From Rhizophagus irregularis (lineage: Eukaryota), in NCBI RefSeq assembly GCF_026210795.1, contig NC_089430.1, forward strand, positions 5,332,001 to 5,396,000: DNA of 64,000 nucleotides. The letters are read 5' to 3'. This document shows, one piece after another, positions 1-11,537 of this stretch. Position 1 is the stretch's first letter. The number at the start of each line of letters is the position of its first letter. Under the pieces are notes generated by a model. It did not search any database and was not told the DNA's origin. It worked only from the letters and a program-made list of their open reading frames with translations. The position numbers were made by a program, and so were the translations under genes.

Positions 1-2750
1 TATTTAAAGCTTCATTCAATTCATCATTTGTAGGCTCTACCATCAAATCTTTATAAATTTTATCATTAATTTCATCTTGTGGAAAATAAAATTTTGCCCA
101 ATATTCTGATAAAATCTTAGGTTGGTTTGTTGATCCTGCAATATTTTGAAAATGATCATTTACAATATCTTTTATTTTTTCTTTATCAGTGATTAATTTA
201 TCTTCATTATTTTCTTTAATTAGAACTCTGTCTAATACAATGGATTTAATTTCACGTTCCATTACACTATTAATCATACGTTTTTGATTTTCTAATAAAT
301 CTTCACAGCGTTGGTCAATTGCTAGTTTAATTTTTTCTTCTTTGAATTGTAAAAGATCGTGATTATATAGGATTAAATAAATTTGATATAAATTTTTTAT
401 TTCTTCAAAAATTTCCTTGACACTTTTATCATCCTTAGGAATTTTATTCCAACAATAATCACTTTTTTCTCTTCCAATTTCCAATAATTTTTTTCTATAT
501 GTAATCCAATTTCTGATCACATGATTTCTTTTTCTTGAATCTTTAATTGAACGTCTGAAATTTATTAAAAATTTCATTACTTTATATGCATTAGATATTT
601 TCATTGGGTTGACTCGACTTTTAGTTAATTTGATTTTTTCTATTGGAATACAATTTTTACTAGCTTGAACAAGACCTTTTTTGATCTTATCCCATATATG
701 ATTAATATTATTTTTATCGTTAAAATTAAATTTTAAAATTTCTGAATTTGAAATGTATTTATTAAGATCATTCTGAAATAATTCCCACTGCTCTCCATCC
801 ATTTTATCATACTTATAAACTTCTTTAAATCCTTCCTTCCATTTGATATTAGCAATATTCCCAATCAAATCTTCTGACCATATTGAATACACTAACATTC
901 TATGATCAGTATTAATTGTTGTTGTATTAACAATTTTGCATTCTTGTATTTCTGAAAATAAATTTTCTGTTACCCAAATGTAATCTATTCTAGAAGAATT
1001 TTGATTTGTATTAAAAGGATAGAAAGTATTTAAGGAATGTTGTGATAAATTATCGAACATGATATAGAAAGGATCATAAAAATTTTGTTCATCTTCAATC
1101 CATTCAAAAAGTTTATGTTCTTTTTTCATTTTACGATTATTATTTTTATCATCCAGATATTTTTCATAATGAAGATTAAAATCACCAAGAAGAATAATTT
1201 CTGCATTTTGTGCTTTACTTTCTCTAACCAATTCTTTGATTTTATCAAAATAAATTTTAACTTCTTGATTAAAATTATCTAAAGTAACTCGTCCAGATTT
1301 TCCATAATAATTAATGATTCTCATTTTTTTATTTCCACTAAAAATAAAATTAACATATATAATTCTTCCTTTGAAGCTATTATAATTGACTATATGCCGT
1401 GCATAATTTTTCTTAATAATAAGACCTACGCCATTTCCCCTATAATTAGTTTCCTCATTTGCAAAATAAGTAACATAATTATTTCTATAAAAATTAAAAG
1501 AATGTTTTGCCATTTTGTTCGATATATTAGTTTCTGATAGACCCAAAATAGTTATATTATATTCACCTAATATATCAATTAAGAATTGTTTTTTAACATC
1601 AGTTATACCTTTAAGCTATTTTAATTATATCTGATAAATTGAGTCGTTGACGTGTTTTCGGATGATAAATTTGTTGATTATTTAAATTTGAACGTGATTT
1701 TTGATTAACAGGGGAAGGATTATTATAATGTTTTTCTTAAAAGAATGTGTTTTTTTATTGTTCATCATTAAAGATAATATTTAAAGGGTATTTAATCCTC
1801 ATGGGATTCATTATTGTCAATAATTTTATCCCCTTGAAAATTATTAACGTCATTATTATTGTCAGAAGTAAAATATTCCATAATTTTTGAGATATTTTTA
1901 CTCATAGTTGATAAAGCATCACCGAATCTATTGATTTCGTTATTTTGTTTATTTAAACTATTTTCTATATCTGAAGATCCTGAGGCTTCAAGTTGTTCAT
2001 TATCAACTCTTGATCGTTTGTTATTCTCATTTTGTAAGGCGATTGTACTTCTATCTTGATTGACTTTAATATTTTTTCCTGAACTTGTTGTAGACTTGTT
2101 TTCTTTATATTTATAAAATTCAGATTTAATACGATAGTTTTCTTGTTGGATTTTTTTGAAATCATTAGCTAATTTATTCAAATTCTCATTAAGTTGTTTA
2201 ATTTGCGTGAAAATTCCTTGATCAAGTGACTTTTCATTAACGTTATTATTTCTATCACGTGAAATATTTTTATTCCAATATCTATTAATATTTCCATTAT
2301 TATATTTAGAATAATTATTTGAATTATTACTTTGCTGACGTTTTTCAAATGAATTTTGTTTTGTTACATTTGCATAACTGCCTTTTTTAAACTTCTTGTT
2401 ATTTTCTTGACGAAACTCCTTAAGCTTTTGCTTTCTATTCATTACACGTGGTTTAGCAGATGGTTCAATATCACACTTACTAATTAAATGATCAAAGGAA
2501 CCACATCTATGGCATGATTTTTCACCTGGAGTTCCCCAATGAAGCGTTCTATTACAAAAAATAATATTTCTTTCTGCTGCAATACCTATATCTTCATCAT
2601 TTTCATAATAAACTATTGCATAATTCAATGGTTTATTATTATTTGGATTACGTGGTATAAAAATATACTTAGGATTGTTAACTTCTAAAGCTTCATGTAT
2701 ATCATAAGCAGTTGAATTCCATGGTAATCCAGTTAATTTAACTGTATCTT
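1..2750 (-). mobile_element. Degenerate LINE (non-LTR retrotransposon): ORF1 plus the endonuclease part of ORF2; the RT domain would lie beyond the left window edge
   Basis: Minus-strand translation gives APE endonuclease motifs ILGLSETNI (~1527-1552), GNGVGLII (~1417-1440), IILLGDFNL (~1173-1199), SSRIDYIWV (~971-997) and TDHRMLV (~892-912). ORF1 upstream has a CCHC knuckle. ORF1 homology stops at about 2750. Confidence 0.85.
1792..2750 (-). pseudogene. LINE ORF1 (gag-like protein with CCHC zinc knuckle), 5'-truncated
   Basis: ORF 1792..2628 contains CHRCGSFDHLISKC and a coiled-coil-like stretch. The frame continues upstream as TVKLTGLPWNSTAYDIHEAL and is then lost at about 2750. Confidence 0.75.
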
Positions 2751-3692
2751 GCGGAATAAATATTTCGTGATAGTATACTTTTAATGTGATAGTTATTGAT
2801 GATCACTTTCCAAATAAATGTACTTTTTCGCTTAATTTGGTATTTGTTGTGTGATCTTCAAGTATTTTTTCAGAAATTTGGAAGTGTGCAATGCGAACTT
2901 TAGAGTTCAAATTTATATATATATAAATATGAATATTGCATATTGCATATGCATATGCATATTCGCAATTTCAATAGTAATACATTATTTAATGCTAATA
3001 TTTCAAAAAATATTGCTATATGCAAATATTGCTTCTTTTGACATCATTAGAATAAAATCATAAATTGGGCACTTCTGTGATACTCTAATTGCTTGTTAAG
3101 TTTAATTATCAAATAATAAACTTTTGTAAAAAAAAAATTTTGTTGATCATCTTTTTTCTTTGATCATCGTCAAAGAGATAAATAAAAAAAAAATTTAAAA
3201 AAAATTAAAAAATGAAAAAACAATTAAATTTAATTAACATTTAATTAAATAATGAAGTTTTTACTAAAATTTATTAAATAAAAATAATATATTGTTTTAA
3301 TTATTTTATCCATTACAATATAATTTTTATATTAAAAAATTAAACCAATAATACTAGTGCGTTGATCATTTCAATGATCACATATGGGCCGATTTGTCTC
3401 TTATCACTAATTAATTTTTAGTGATAAATATGAATTATGATCAACATGCCGATCAAAATAACCTGAAAAAAGTGATAATAACAGATTATGCACAATGACA
3501 TACATGACGATTTCATATTTAAACCAATCGTTGGTATCTCGAAACTAGTTTCTCGCAACTTTGAAACCTGTCGGGAATTGGTCTGTAATTGGTTTTATTT
3601 GGAAAGAACTATTTTTTTTGGAAAACGGTAAGTAGTATATTAAAAATTTGTTATACTCACTTAACGAACCTTTTTGCTTTAAAACAATAAAA

Positions 3693-6316
3693 ATGGCTGG
3701 AACAACCGTACGCGTTCCCATTGCTGAAAGTAATTTTTTTTTCAATAATTTTTTTTAATGTAGGAACGTTCAATAACACCCTTTTATCAATAGCTACGTT
3801 TTCTAATCGTGTTTTCATACATGATTATCCAAGAAGTTCTAAAATTGAAGCACATTTTCAATCAAATGAACGATTATATATTTCATATTACAATATTATT
3901 TCTCTGGGAACCTATCCTTCCACACCGAAATTGACACAAAAATCTAAAAACAACGCGTCTCAATATCCAATACCTGACGATTATATAGTTGAAACAGAGT
4001 TTTCTGAAAGAAATCTTATATGCAAAACTAAATATATTTCAGTTTCAAAGGTATGCTATACAATTAATTGGAAGATCGGTCATGCAGAGTGGAGTGTTAG
4101 TAGTACCCAATCCTCAACAGCTGTTGTTAATACATTTTTACAGGTATTTAACTCATATTTATATTAGATAAATTTTAATAACATATAATTAATTTTAATA
4201 TTATATTTAATAGAAAATTAACTTAAAATCATCAACTAAATCATCTGGGCTTCGGTTATTTGGATTTGATATTGAGCCACTATATCATGCTCGTTTACAA
4301 ATTGGGTTTCGACCTGTTACTGCTGTTACAACAGAAGTTAATAACCGAAAATGACCACTTGAAGATATCACTTCCCGTTCACAGCAAAATAAAAGATTTA
4401 ACAGTTTCGGAAGGGATGTGCAAAAAGCAGTTGATGAATTGATTGTTAAACATAAGCTGACAAATTTATCTGGAGAGCCAATTTTATATTTACAGCATAT
4501 TGGATTCGATTGCAAAGAGAATCAAGTTTGCATCAACTTCAAAGATTCGAATTCTATGACAATTCAAACAAAACTTGATGCTATTGTACGTGTATGTGAT
4601 AAAGCACTTTTAAGTCATGATGGATACCGGCATTTAGCAGCAGTTGTGCCATCACTTTTTCGTGAGTATTTAGTTGCTGATCGCCAAAATAAGATAAATA
4701 AATTAATAAATACTCAGATACATGTGGAAATTTTTAATATAGAAGATATTGATCAATTTAATGGTGATAATAATTCTGATGAACGTGCAAGTGATACTTT
4801 AGTAAATAATAATGAAGTAGGAAATGGGGCTTATTGTTCACTTTCAACTTTACTTAAAATATTAATACCTGTTTGGAAAGGAAGAGAAAATCCTGTAATA
4901 ATTCCAGGAGATATTCTTCATATAAAACTTGGTGGAGATGGTCGTAATGTTGGGAGAAAACAAAATCATGTAATGGTTACTTTTTGTTTATTAAATGAAA
5001 AGGATGACGTACTTAAACCAAACCATCAATATAGGTATATTTTTTGTGTTGTTAAATTAATTTAATTGTAATTTTAATAAAAAATAAAATAAAATTCATT
5101 ACTGTTTTAGTATATGTCTTTACATAGGTAAAGAAAAATATGAGACATTGGATAAAGTTGGCAAAATATTTGCCTTACAGTTGGCTGATTTAAAGGAGAA
5201 TGGAATAATTGATGATGATGGCGTTCACTGGCCTGTTGAATTTTATTTTTCTGGTGATTGGAAGTTTACCTATATTATTTTAGGTCTAAATGCACCTAAT
5301 TCTGAATATTTTTGTCTATTCTGTGAATGTGATGCTAAATCCCGGCATAATATGGATCTTTTTTGGATGCCTACTGGAAATACTAAAGGTTAAAATTTTT
5401 TTCTAAATTGTTAATTGGTAAAAAATAATAATATGTAAGTAATCATTATAATTACATTAATTAGGGAAAAAAAGGGCATCTTTGTTTCCTGTGATTGATT
5501 TACTTAATTATATTCCTGACGAGCTTCATATCTTATTACGGATATCTGATATATTGATGGAATGTCTATTTAGAGATCTATTTAAGAAAAATGATTTTGA
5601 ACGAAATTTTAAAGAAAAAATTGAAAAAAAAATGAATGACATTAATATTCATTTTGAGTTTTATCGTAGTTCTGCTCGAGGTACTTGGAATTGGACATCT
5701 CTTATGGGACCAGAAAAAAAAAAATGCTACAATATTTTCCTGTAAGTGAATTTATACCTGGAGTATGTGGAGTGGATATTGAAAATTTGTGGCGTAAATT
5801 TTATCAGTTGTATGAGGTTTTAAGAAAACCATCTCACACTGAAGCAGAAATTTTAAAATTTGAGGAAGATGCAAAAAATTGGGTAAGGACTTTCTGTCGA
5901 CCTACTATAGGCCAAATGAATTCTGCAACAGCAATTCCGGGACTTTATAGGAAGGATGATGTCACACCTTACATGCATATGCTTACAATGCATGTCCCTT
6001 ATTTTATGCGTCGATTAAAAGAAAAAGGACTTTCGCTTAGATTATTTTCAACAAGTAGTGTTGAAAAAAAAAATCATGATCAGGTATGATATAAAATTTT
6101 GCATAAATATTTTCATTAACTTATTATTCATTTATTACTTATTAGGTTAGATTGTTTTTTGGAGGAACAACTATGGGAGGTGGTAAAAAAAAACTTCCTG
6201 TTGTTTATGATATACTAGTATTTGAAAATCGTCAAATCTTTTATTTGATTAATAATATTCCTAATGAAATAACATGTAGAAACATTAATATTTATAATGG
6301 TGAAAATACAATCTAA
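3693..6316 (+). pseudogene. RAG1/Transib-like DDE transposase, multi-exon, with one nonsense codon and one frameshift
   Basis: The spliced frame gives GGDGR, SGDWKF, YFCLFCEC, PDELH, YMHMLTMH and SSVEKKNH, in the same order as the RAG1 core (CDG, YDEK, CTLC, DALH, YFHKTLAH, catalytic E). GT-AG introns lie at ~4144-4212, ~5034-5110, ~5389-5464 and ~6084-6145. There is an in-frame TGA at 4352-4354 and a poly-A frameshift at ~5714-5724; the stop is at 6314-6316. The start codon is uncertain. Confidence 0.8.
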
Positions 6317-6407
6317 ATTATGTTTTACACACAAAACTACTAATTTATAAATTATTTATTTCTGGAATTCTGTTGAAATCCAAAAAAAATTCTATTAAAA
6401 TATCTAT

Positions 6408-7176
6408 AAATTATTTATTGATATCTTTTGATTTAATTCTTGAAGGGGGGAGCATGGTAAAATAAGTCTATATTGCGATTGATTATTTGTTTTAGTAATA
6501 GTAGGTATTGCAGAGTGAGCAGAAGTATGATTTTCATTTGTTACTTCATTTCTAATAAAGAAAAAAATCAAACTATTAATTCTTCAAAATTATAAAAGAT
6601 TTGTATGTGAAATTCCGAACCTTACCCATTAATAAACTCTCCTGAATCCGTTATAAATGTGCAGATAACTGTCCCACACTGAAAGATTCGGTTGTTTTCA
6701 ACCAATTCATTCTGTGCCCAACTAAAAGAAACTTCATAAATTTCCTCACTATTCACAAATAGTACATATCCCGTTGTTTTTGTTTTGGGATCTTGTCGGC
6801 AATTCCAGTATTCATAGTTTAAAATTTGCTTTAATCTACCTTCTCCCGCCTCACCTTTAAATGTACAACGATATTTTCGCAGTGCTGAATTATACCTAAA
6901 AGAAGGTTCATTTTGAAATAAATAAACAAATACATTCTCAGAAAAAGACACTTATTGAGAGTCGTTTGGATCCTACAGAATGTCTATTGAAACCAAGACA
7001 TTTTTTAATTAAGACTATAAACGCATCTTGGTAAGACACAAGCTGCTCAAAAGTGGGCTGGTGGAGTGAATGGAGATGAGGTATAGTTTTATTGTTTTTA
7101 TGCTTAGTTCTTCATGAGTTAAAAGTTGTTTTCGTGAAGAAAAGGTTTTTTGGCAAAGGTAACATTTAAAGGACAT
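6408..7176 (-). pseudogene. Accessory gene of the TIR element: N-terminal C2H2 zinc finger plus an uncharacterised domain, frameshifted
   Basis: ATG at 7176 gives MSFKCYLCQKTFSSRKQLLTHE, then a shifted frame TKHKNNKTIPHLHSL...KRLSI, then ORF 6622..6951 (SFSENVFVYLF...GEFING). An intron at ~6552-6625 precedes a short last exon. Confidence 0.55.
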
Positions 7177-7364
7177 GTTGGATACAGTAAACGCGTGATT
7201 GTGCCACAGCGTGAATTTTATTTAGTTGTGATTGGTAAACAATAATAATGACAAATGTGATATGTATAATAGTTAAACTGGTAATGATCGACCATTGATC
7301 ATTTTCGCAGGTGATATAACTGAAGTGAGCCAAATCGGCCCATATGAAAACATTGAATAATAAA

Positions 7365-7595
7365 AAAGCTCCGAACGGTTCCAATTTTCAATTCTTTTTT
7401 AATTGGTCAGAATCGTTTTCACGTAATAACTTACCATCCAGTAATCGTAGAAAGACAATTAAGAGCTCATTAGAATCCTCTTATCGAGAGCTTTCAAATG
7501 ATGCTAAAATCATAATTTTAGCATCGATAGATGGCGAGTTATTTTGACGCATTATCAAAAAAAATAAAAATTGGAATCATTTGGTCAGGAGCTTT
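7365..7595. mobile_element. Small MITE-like element with imperfect TIRs
   Basis: Left end AAAGCTCC...TTCCAATTTT versus right end AAAATTGGAA...GGAGCTTT, followed by AA (a TTAA-like junction). No coding capacity. Confidence 0.4.
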
Positions 7596-8662
7596 AAACA
7601 ATACGCAAAATAATATTATGTACTGATTATTGACATTTACTGAACATTATTCACTCAAGAATTGTTCATTGTATTGTTCAATGCTATATTATTTTTTGTA
7701 GAATTATTTTACTTTTTATTCAATACTTATCAATTTTTAAACTTCACAAAAAATTAAATACATATTTAATCAAAGGTCATCTGATTTAACTTTAAGAAAC
7801 TTTCAGTTAGTAAAGTTAATCCAAAATTAAATTTTTCATAAAATTTTATCCATTTAACTTTTATAAACCTAAATTAAATATGTGTTATATGTTCAGATAA
7901 TCCAAATTTATCAGAAAATAAAAAAATTTTTTTTATTATATTCAAAAACAAAGATAATAACCAATTCTTTTTTCAATCACTTTTCAATCACTTTTTTGTT
8001 AAAAAAAATTAATAAATATATAAAGTGGTTATTTTAAACAGTAAGTAAAAAAAAAATTATTTTTTATTTGTATTAACTTCAGTTCCCTACTTTTTTTTAT
8101 ATAAAATATTAAAAATATAAGCTATGATATAAGATTTTTGATTTTTTTTAAGTTAATAAGATTCTAAAATTTTTTTTTTAATAAGAAATGATAACTTTAT
8201 GTCAGTTTATGCAATTAACAAGTTCATTAATATCTTGACATTAATCAAATAATTTTAAACTCATTTAAAAGGTAAGAATGTACTTTATTTTAGCATTACT
8301 AGGCATGGTGATATCAACAATCAAAGATAAAAATTTAAAAAAAATATATTGAATGCATTTGCTCAGCAACCAGTGAATCAATTCATTTGTTTTTGGATTC
8401 ATTAGATAGGTCTTAATTTTCTCTTTTGGATGAATATAAATTCATCCATTTATCTTACATAGACATTAAGTTATTTGCAATTTTGTTCCAAGAATTTTAT
8501 TTTGATTATTTAAATTTTAATAATGGTGTATTAAAAAAAATATGATTAACAATTTTATTCATAGATTATTATTTTGTGCAACCAGTAATTTGGTAAAGTT
8601 TGTTTTTTAGAATCAAAAAGTGCTAATTCCAAAATTGGCATATATGAACAAATGATATGCTT

Positions 8663-8688
8663 GGGGGACGAAGTCCCCCAAATTCTAG
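8663..8688 (+). mobile_element. Helitron-type 3' terminus (hairpin + CTAG)
   Basis: GGGGGAC-GAA-GTCCCCC hairpin at 8663-8679, then CTAG at 8685-8688 followed by T. Confidence 0.7.
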
Positions 8689-9139
8689 TTGTATTTAATT
8701 TTTTGATTGTTATTACTAAGAAATAAATAAAGTTAAAAAAATTAAAAACGTATAGATGACCATGCAGATCTTGTGATAATCAATTAAAAAAGTGTTAGAT
8801 GAAATTTTTTTTCAAAAATTTAAAATTTTTTCTTTTTATAAAAACATCATAAAATTTTTTTTACATTTTTTTCTATTTGTAAAATTAAATATTTGGATAT
8901 TACATAATTACAAATTAAAATTATAAGTGTATTTCTTTTAAAAAATACTGTGATATTTCATAAAAAATATTTTTTTTTACTATTTTTATTTTTAAACTAT
9001 TTGAATTTATAATTAATGAAAGAATTAATTTAAAATTCATGTTATTTCAAATTTTTGTCAACTCAGTTCTTAATTTTTATATTACATTTTTTTTTATATA
9101 AAATTTTTTTAAATTAAACTTCTTTTTCAAAACACACTA

Positions 9140-10970
9140 TAATCTCCACTTTGGACAAATGAAATCAACTTTATTTATTAATTGAATGTTGTTCAGGCGG
9201 GTTAAAAGCACTTGAATATTAATTTTCATGAATGTAGATGTAGTGCTTAGAGAAGATTGCATTTTTCTTGATGATATTAACTCTCTTTTCTGTTTTTTTA
9301 ATTTAAAGCGTAATATCTCCACTTTGGACAAATGAAATCAACTTCATTTATTAATTGAATGTTGTTCAGGCGGGTTGATTCTACTTGAATATTAATTTTC
9401 ATGAACATAGATGTAGTGCTTAGAGAAGATTGCATTTTTCTTGATGATATTAACTCTCTTTTCTGTTTTTTTTTTTAATTTAGAGCGTAATATCTCCACT
9501 TTGGACAAATGAAATCAACTTTATTCATTAATTGAAAGTTGTTCAGGTGGGTTGATTCTGCTTGAATATTAATTTTCATGAATATAGGTGTAGTACTTAG
9601 AGAAGATTGCATTTTTTTTGATGATATTAACTCTCTTTTCTGTTTTTTTTTTAATTTAGAGCGTAATATCTCCATTTTGGACAAATGAAATCAACTTTAT
9701 TTATTAATTGAAAGTTGTTCAGTGGGTTGATTCTACTTGAATATTAATTTTCACGAACATAGGTGTAGTGCTTAGAGAAGATTGCATTTTTCTTGATGAT
9801 ATTAACTCTCTTTTCTGTTTTTTTTTAATTTTGAGTATAATATCTCCACTTTGGACAAATAAAATCGACTTCATTTATTAATTGAATGTTGTTCAGGTGG
9901 GTTGATTCTACTTGAATATTAATTTTCATGAATATAGGTGTAGTGCTTAGAAAAGATTGCATTTTTCTTGATGATATTAACTCTTTTTTCTGTTTTTTTA
10001 ATTTAGAGCGTAATATATCCACTTTGGACAAATGAGATCAACTTTATTTATTAATTGAAAGTTGTTCAAGTGGGTTGAAACCACTTGAAATTTAATTTTC
10101 ATGAATGTAGGTGTAGTACTTAAAGAAAATTGCATTTTTCTTAATGATATTAACTCTCTTTTCTGTTTTTTTTAATTTAGAGCGTAATATATCTACTTTG
10201 GACAAATGAAATCAACTTTATTTATTAATTGAAAGTTGTTCAGGTGGGTTGATTCTACTTGAATATTAATTTTCACGAACATAGGTGTAGTGCTTAGAGA
10301 AGATTGCATTTTTCTTGATGATATTAACTCTCTTTTCTGTTTTTTTTTAATTTTGAGTATAATATCTCCACTTTGGACAAATAAAATCGACTTCATTTAT
10401 TAATTGAATGTTGTTCAGGTGGGTTGATTCTACTTGAATATTAATTTTCATGAATATAGGTGTAGTGCTTAGAAAAGATTGCATTTTTCTTGATGATATT
10501 AACTCTTTTTTCTGTTTTTTTAATTTAGAGCGTAATATATCCACTTTGGACAAATGAGATCAACTTTATTTATTAATTGAAAGTTGTTCAAGTGGGTTGA
10601 TTCTACTTGAATATTAATTTTCATGAATGTAGGTGTAGTACTTAGAGAAAATTTCATTTTCTTGATGATATTAACTCTCTTTTCTGTTTTTTTTTAATTT
10701 AGAGCGTAATATCTCTACTTTGGACAAATGAAATCAACTTCATTTATTAATTAAAAATTGTTCGGGTGGGTTGAAACCACTTGAAATTTAATTTTCATGA
10801 ATGTAGGTGTAGTGCTTAAAGAAAATTGCATTTTTCTTAATGATATTAACTCTCTTTTCTGTTTTTTTTAATTTAGAGCGTAATATATCTACTTTGGACA
10901 AATGAAATCAACTTCATTTATTGATTGAAAGTTTGTTCAGGTGGGTTGATTCTACTTGAATATTAATTTT
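9140..10970. repeat. Tandem repeat, ~174-176-bp unit, ~10.5 copies
   Basis: TCTC(C/T)ACTTTGGACAAAT-like motif recurs at ~9143, 9317, 9493, 9669, 9843, 10017, 10191, 10365, 10539, 10712 and 10887. Confidence 0.95.
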
Positions 10971-11501
10971 TATAAGATTTCATTTTTTTGTAGCTGTATT
11001 AACTTTAAAACACTTATTACAACTTACATCATTATTTTAAATCATAAGAATTAATTTATGTCATTGGCTAATTATAATCACATTGATACTAAGGATTTTT
11101 TTTATTTTTATATTTGATTTAATAATTTAATAAAATATTATTAAAATCAAATTCATATAAATGCAACTAATATTAATAATTGTAATTTAAGAAGTAAATT
11201 CATTAACCAAATCATGTAAATTCTATGCTTAAATTATGTAATTTCTGTGATCAAATCAATATAAATTCAGCATAAATTATGGTTGATACATTTTGTAATA
11301 TGGAATTGTGGCATTTTCCGTATACCTATATAGATTAGAAATATTATTTTTAAGAAAAAATCATATAAAACCTTATTAAAAACATGATTTTTTATAGGGT
11401 CTAATTATAATAAAATTTTATTATTCAGTATTATTTTAGTGATTTTACATACAATTCAATTTATTTATATCAAAGAATTTTTTAATTATAATGTTATATT
11501 T

Positions 11502-11537
11502 GGGGGATGAAGTCCCCCGGCAAATCGCATATTCTAG
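11502..11537 (+). mobile_element. Second Helitron-type 3' terminus, probably the end of a non-autonomous Helitron carrying the 174-bp array
   Basis: GGGGGAT-GAA-GTCCCCC hairpin at 11502-11518 and CTAG at 11534-11537 followed by T; nearly identical to the hairpin at 8663. Confidence 0.65.

Larger units (their letters stand above)
3381..7346. mobile_element. ~3.97-kb TIR DNA transposon with a RAG1/Transib-like (CMC-group) transposase and a second convergent gene
   Basis: CATATGGGCCGATTTGTCTC at 3381-3400 matches the reverse complement of GAGCCAAATCGGCCCATATG at 7327-7346 (19/20). The repeats enclose both genes. No clean TSD is visible. Confidence 0.8.

Noticed and set aside
6408..7176. Calling the convergent gene RAG2-like
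   Set aside because: No kelch repeats or PHD finger visible; it is short and begins with a C2H2 finger.
9137..10553. Family of ~68-aa ORFs (MSKV.ILRSKLKKQK...) as small proteins
   Set aside because: They start at non-ATG codons, follow the satellite periodicity and are broken by variable poly-T lengths; by-products of the repeat.
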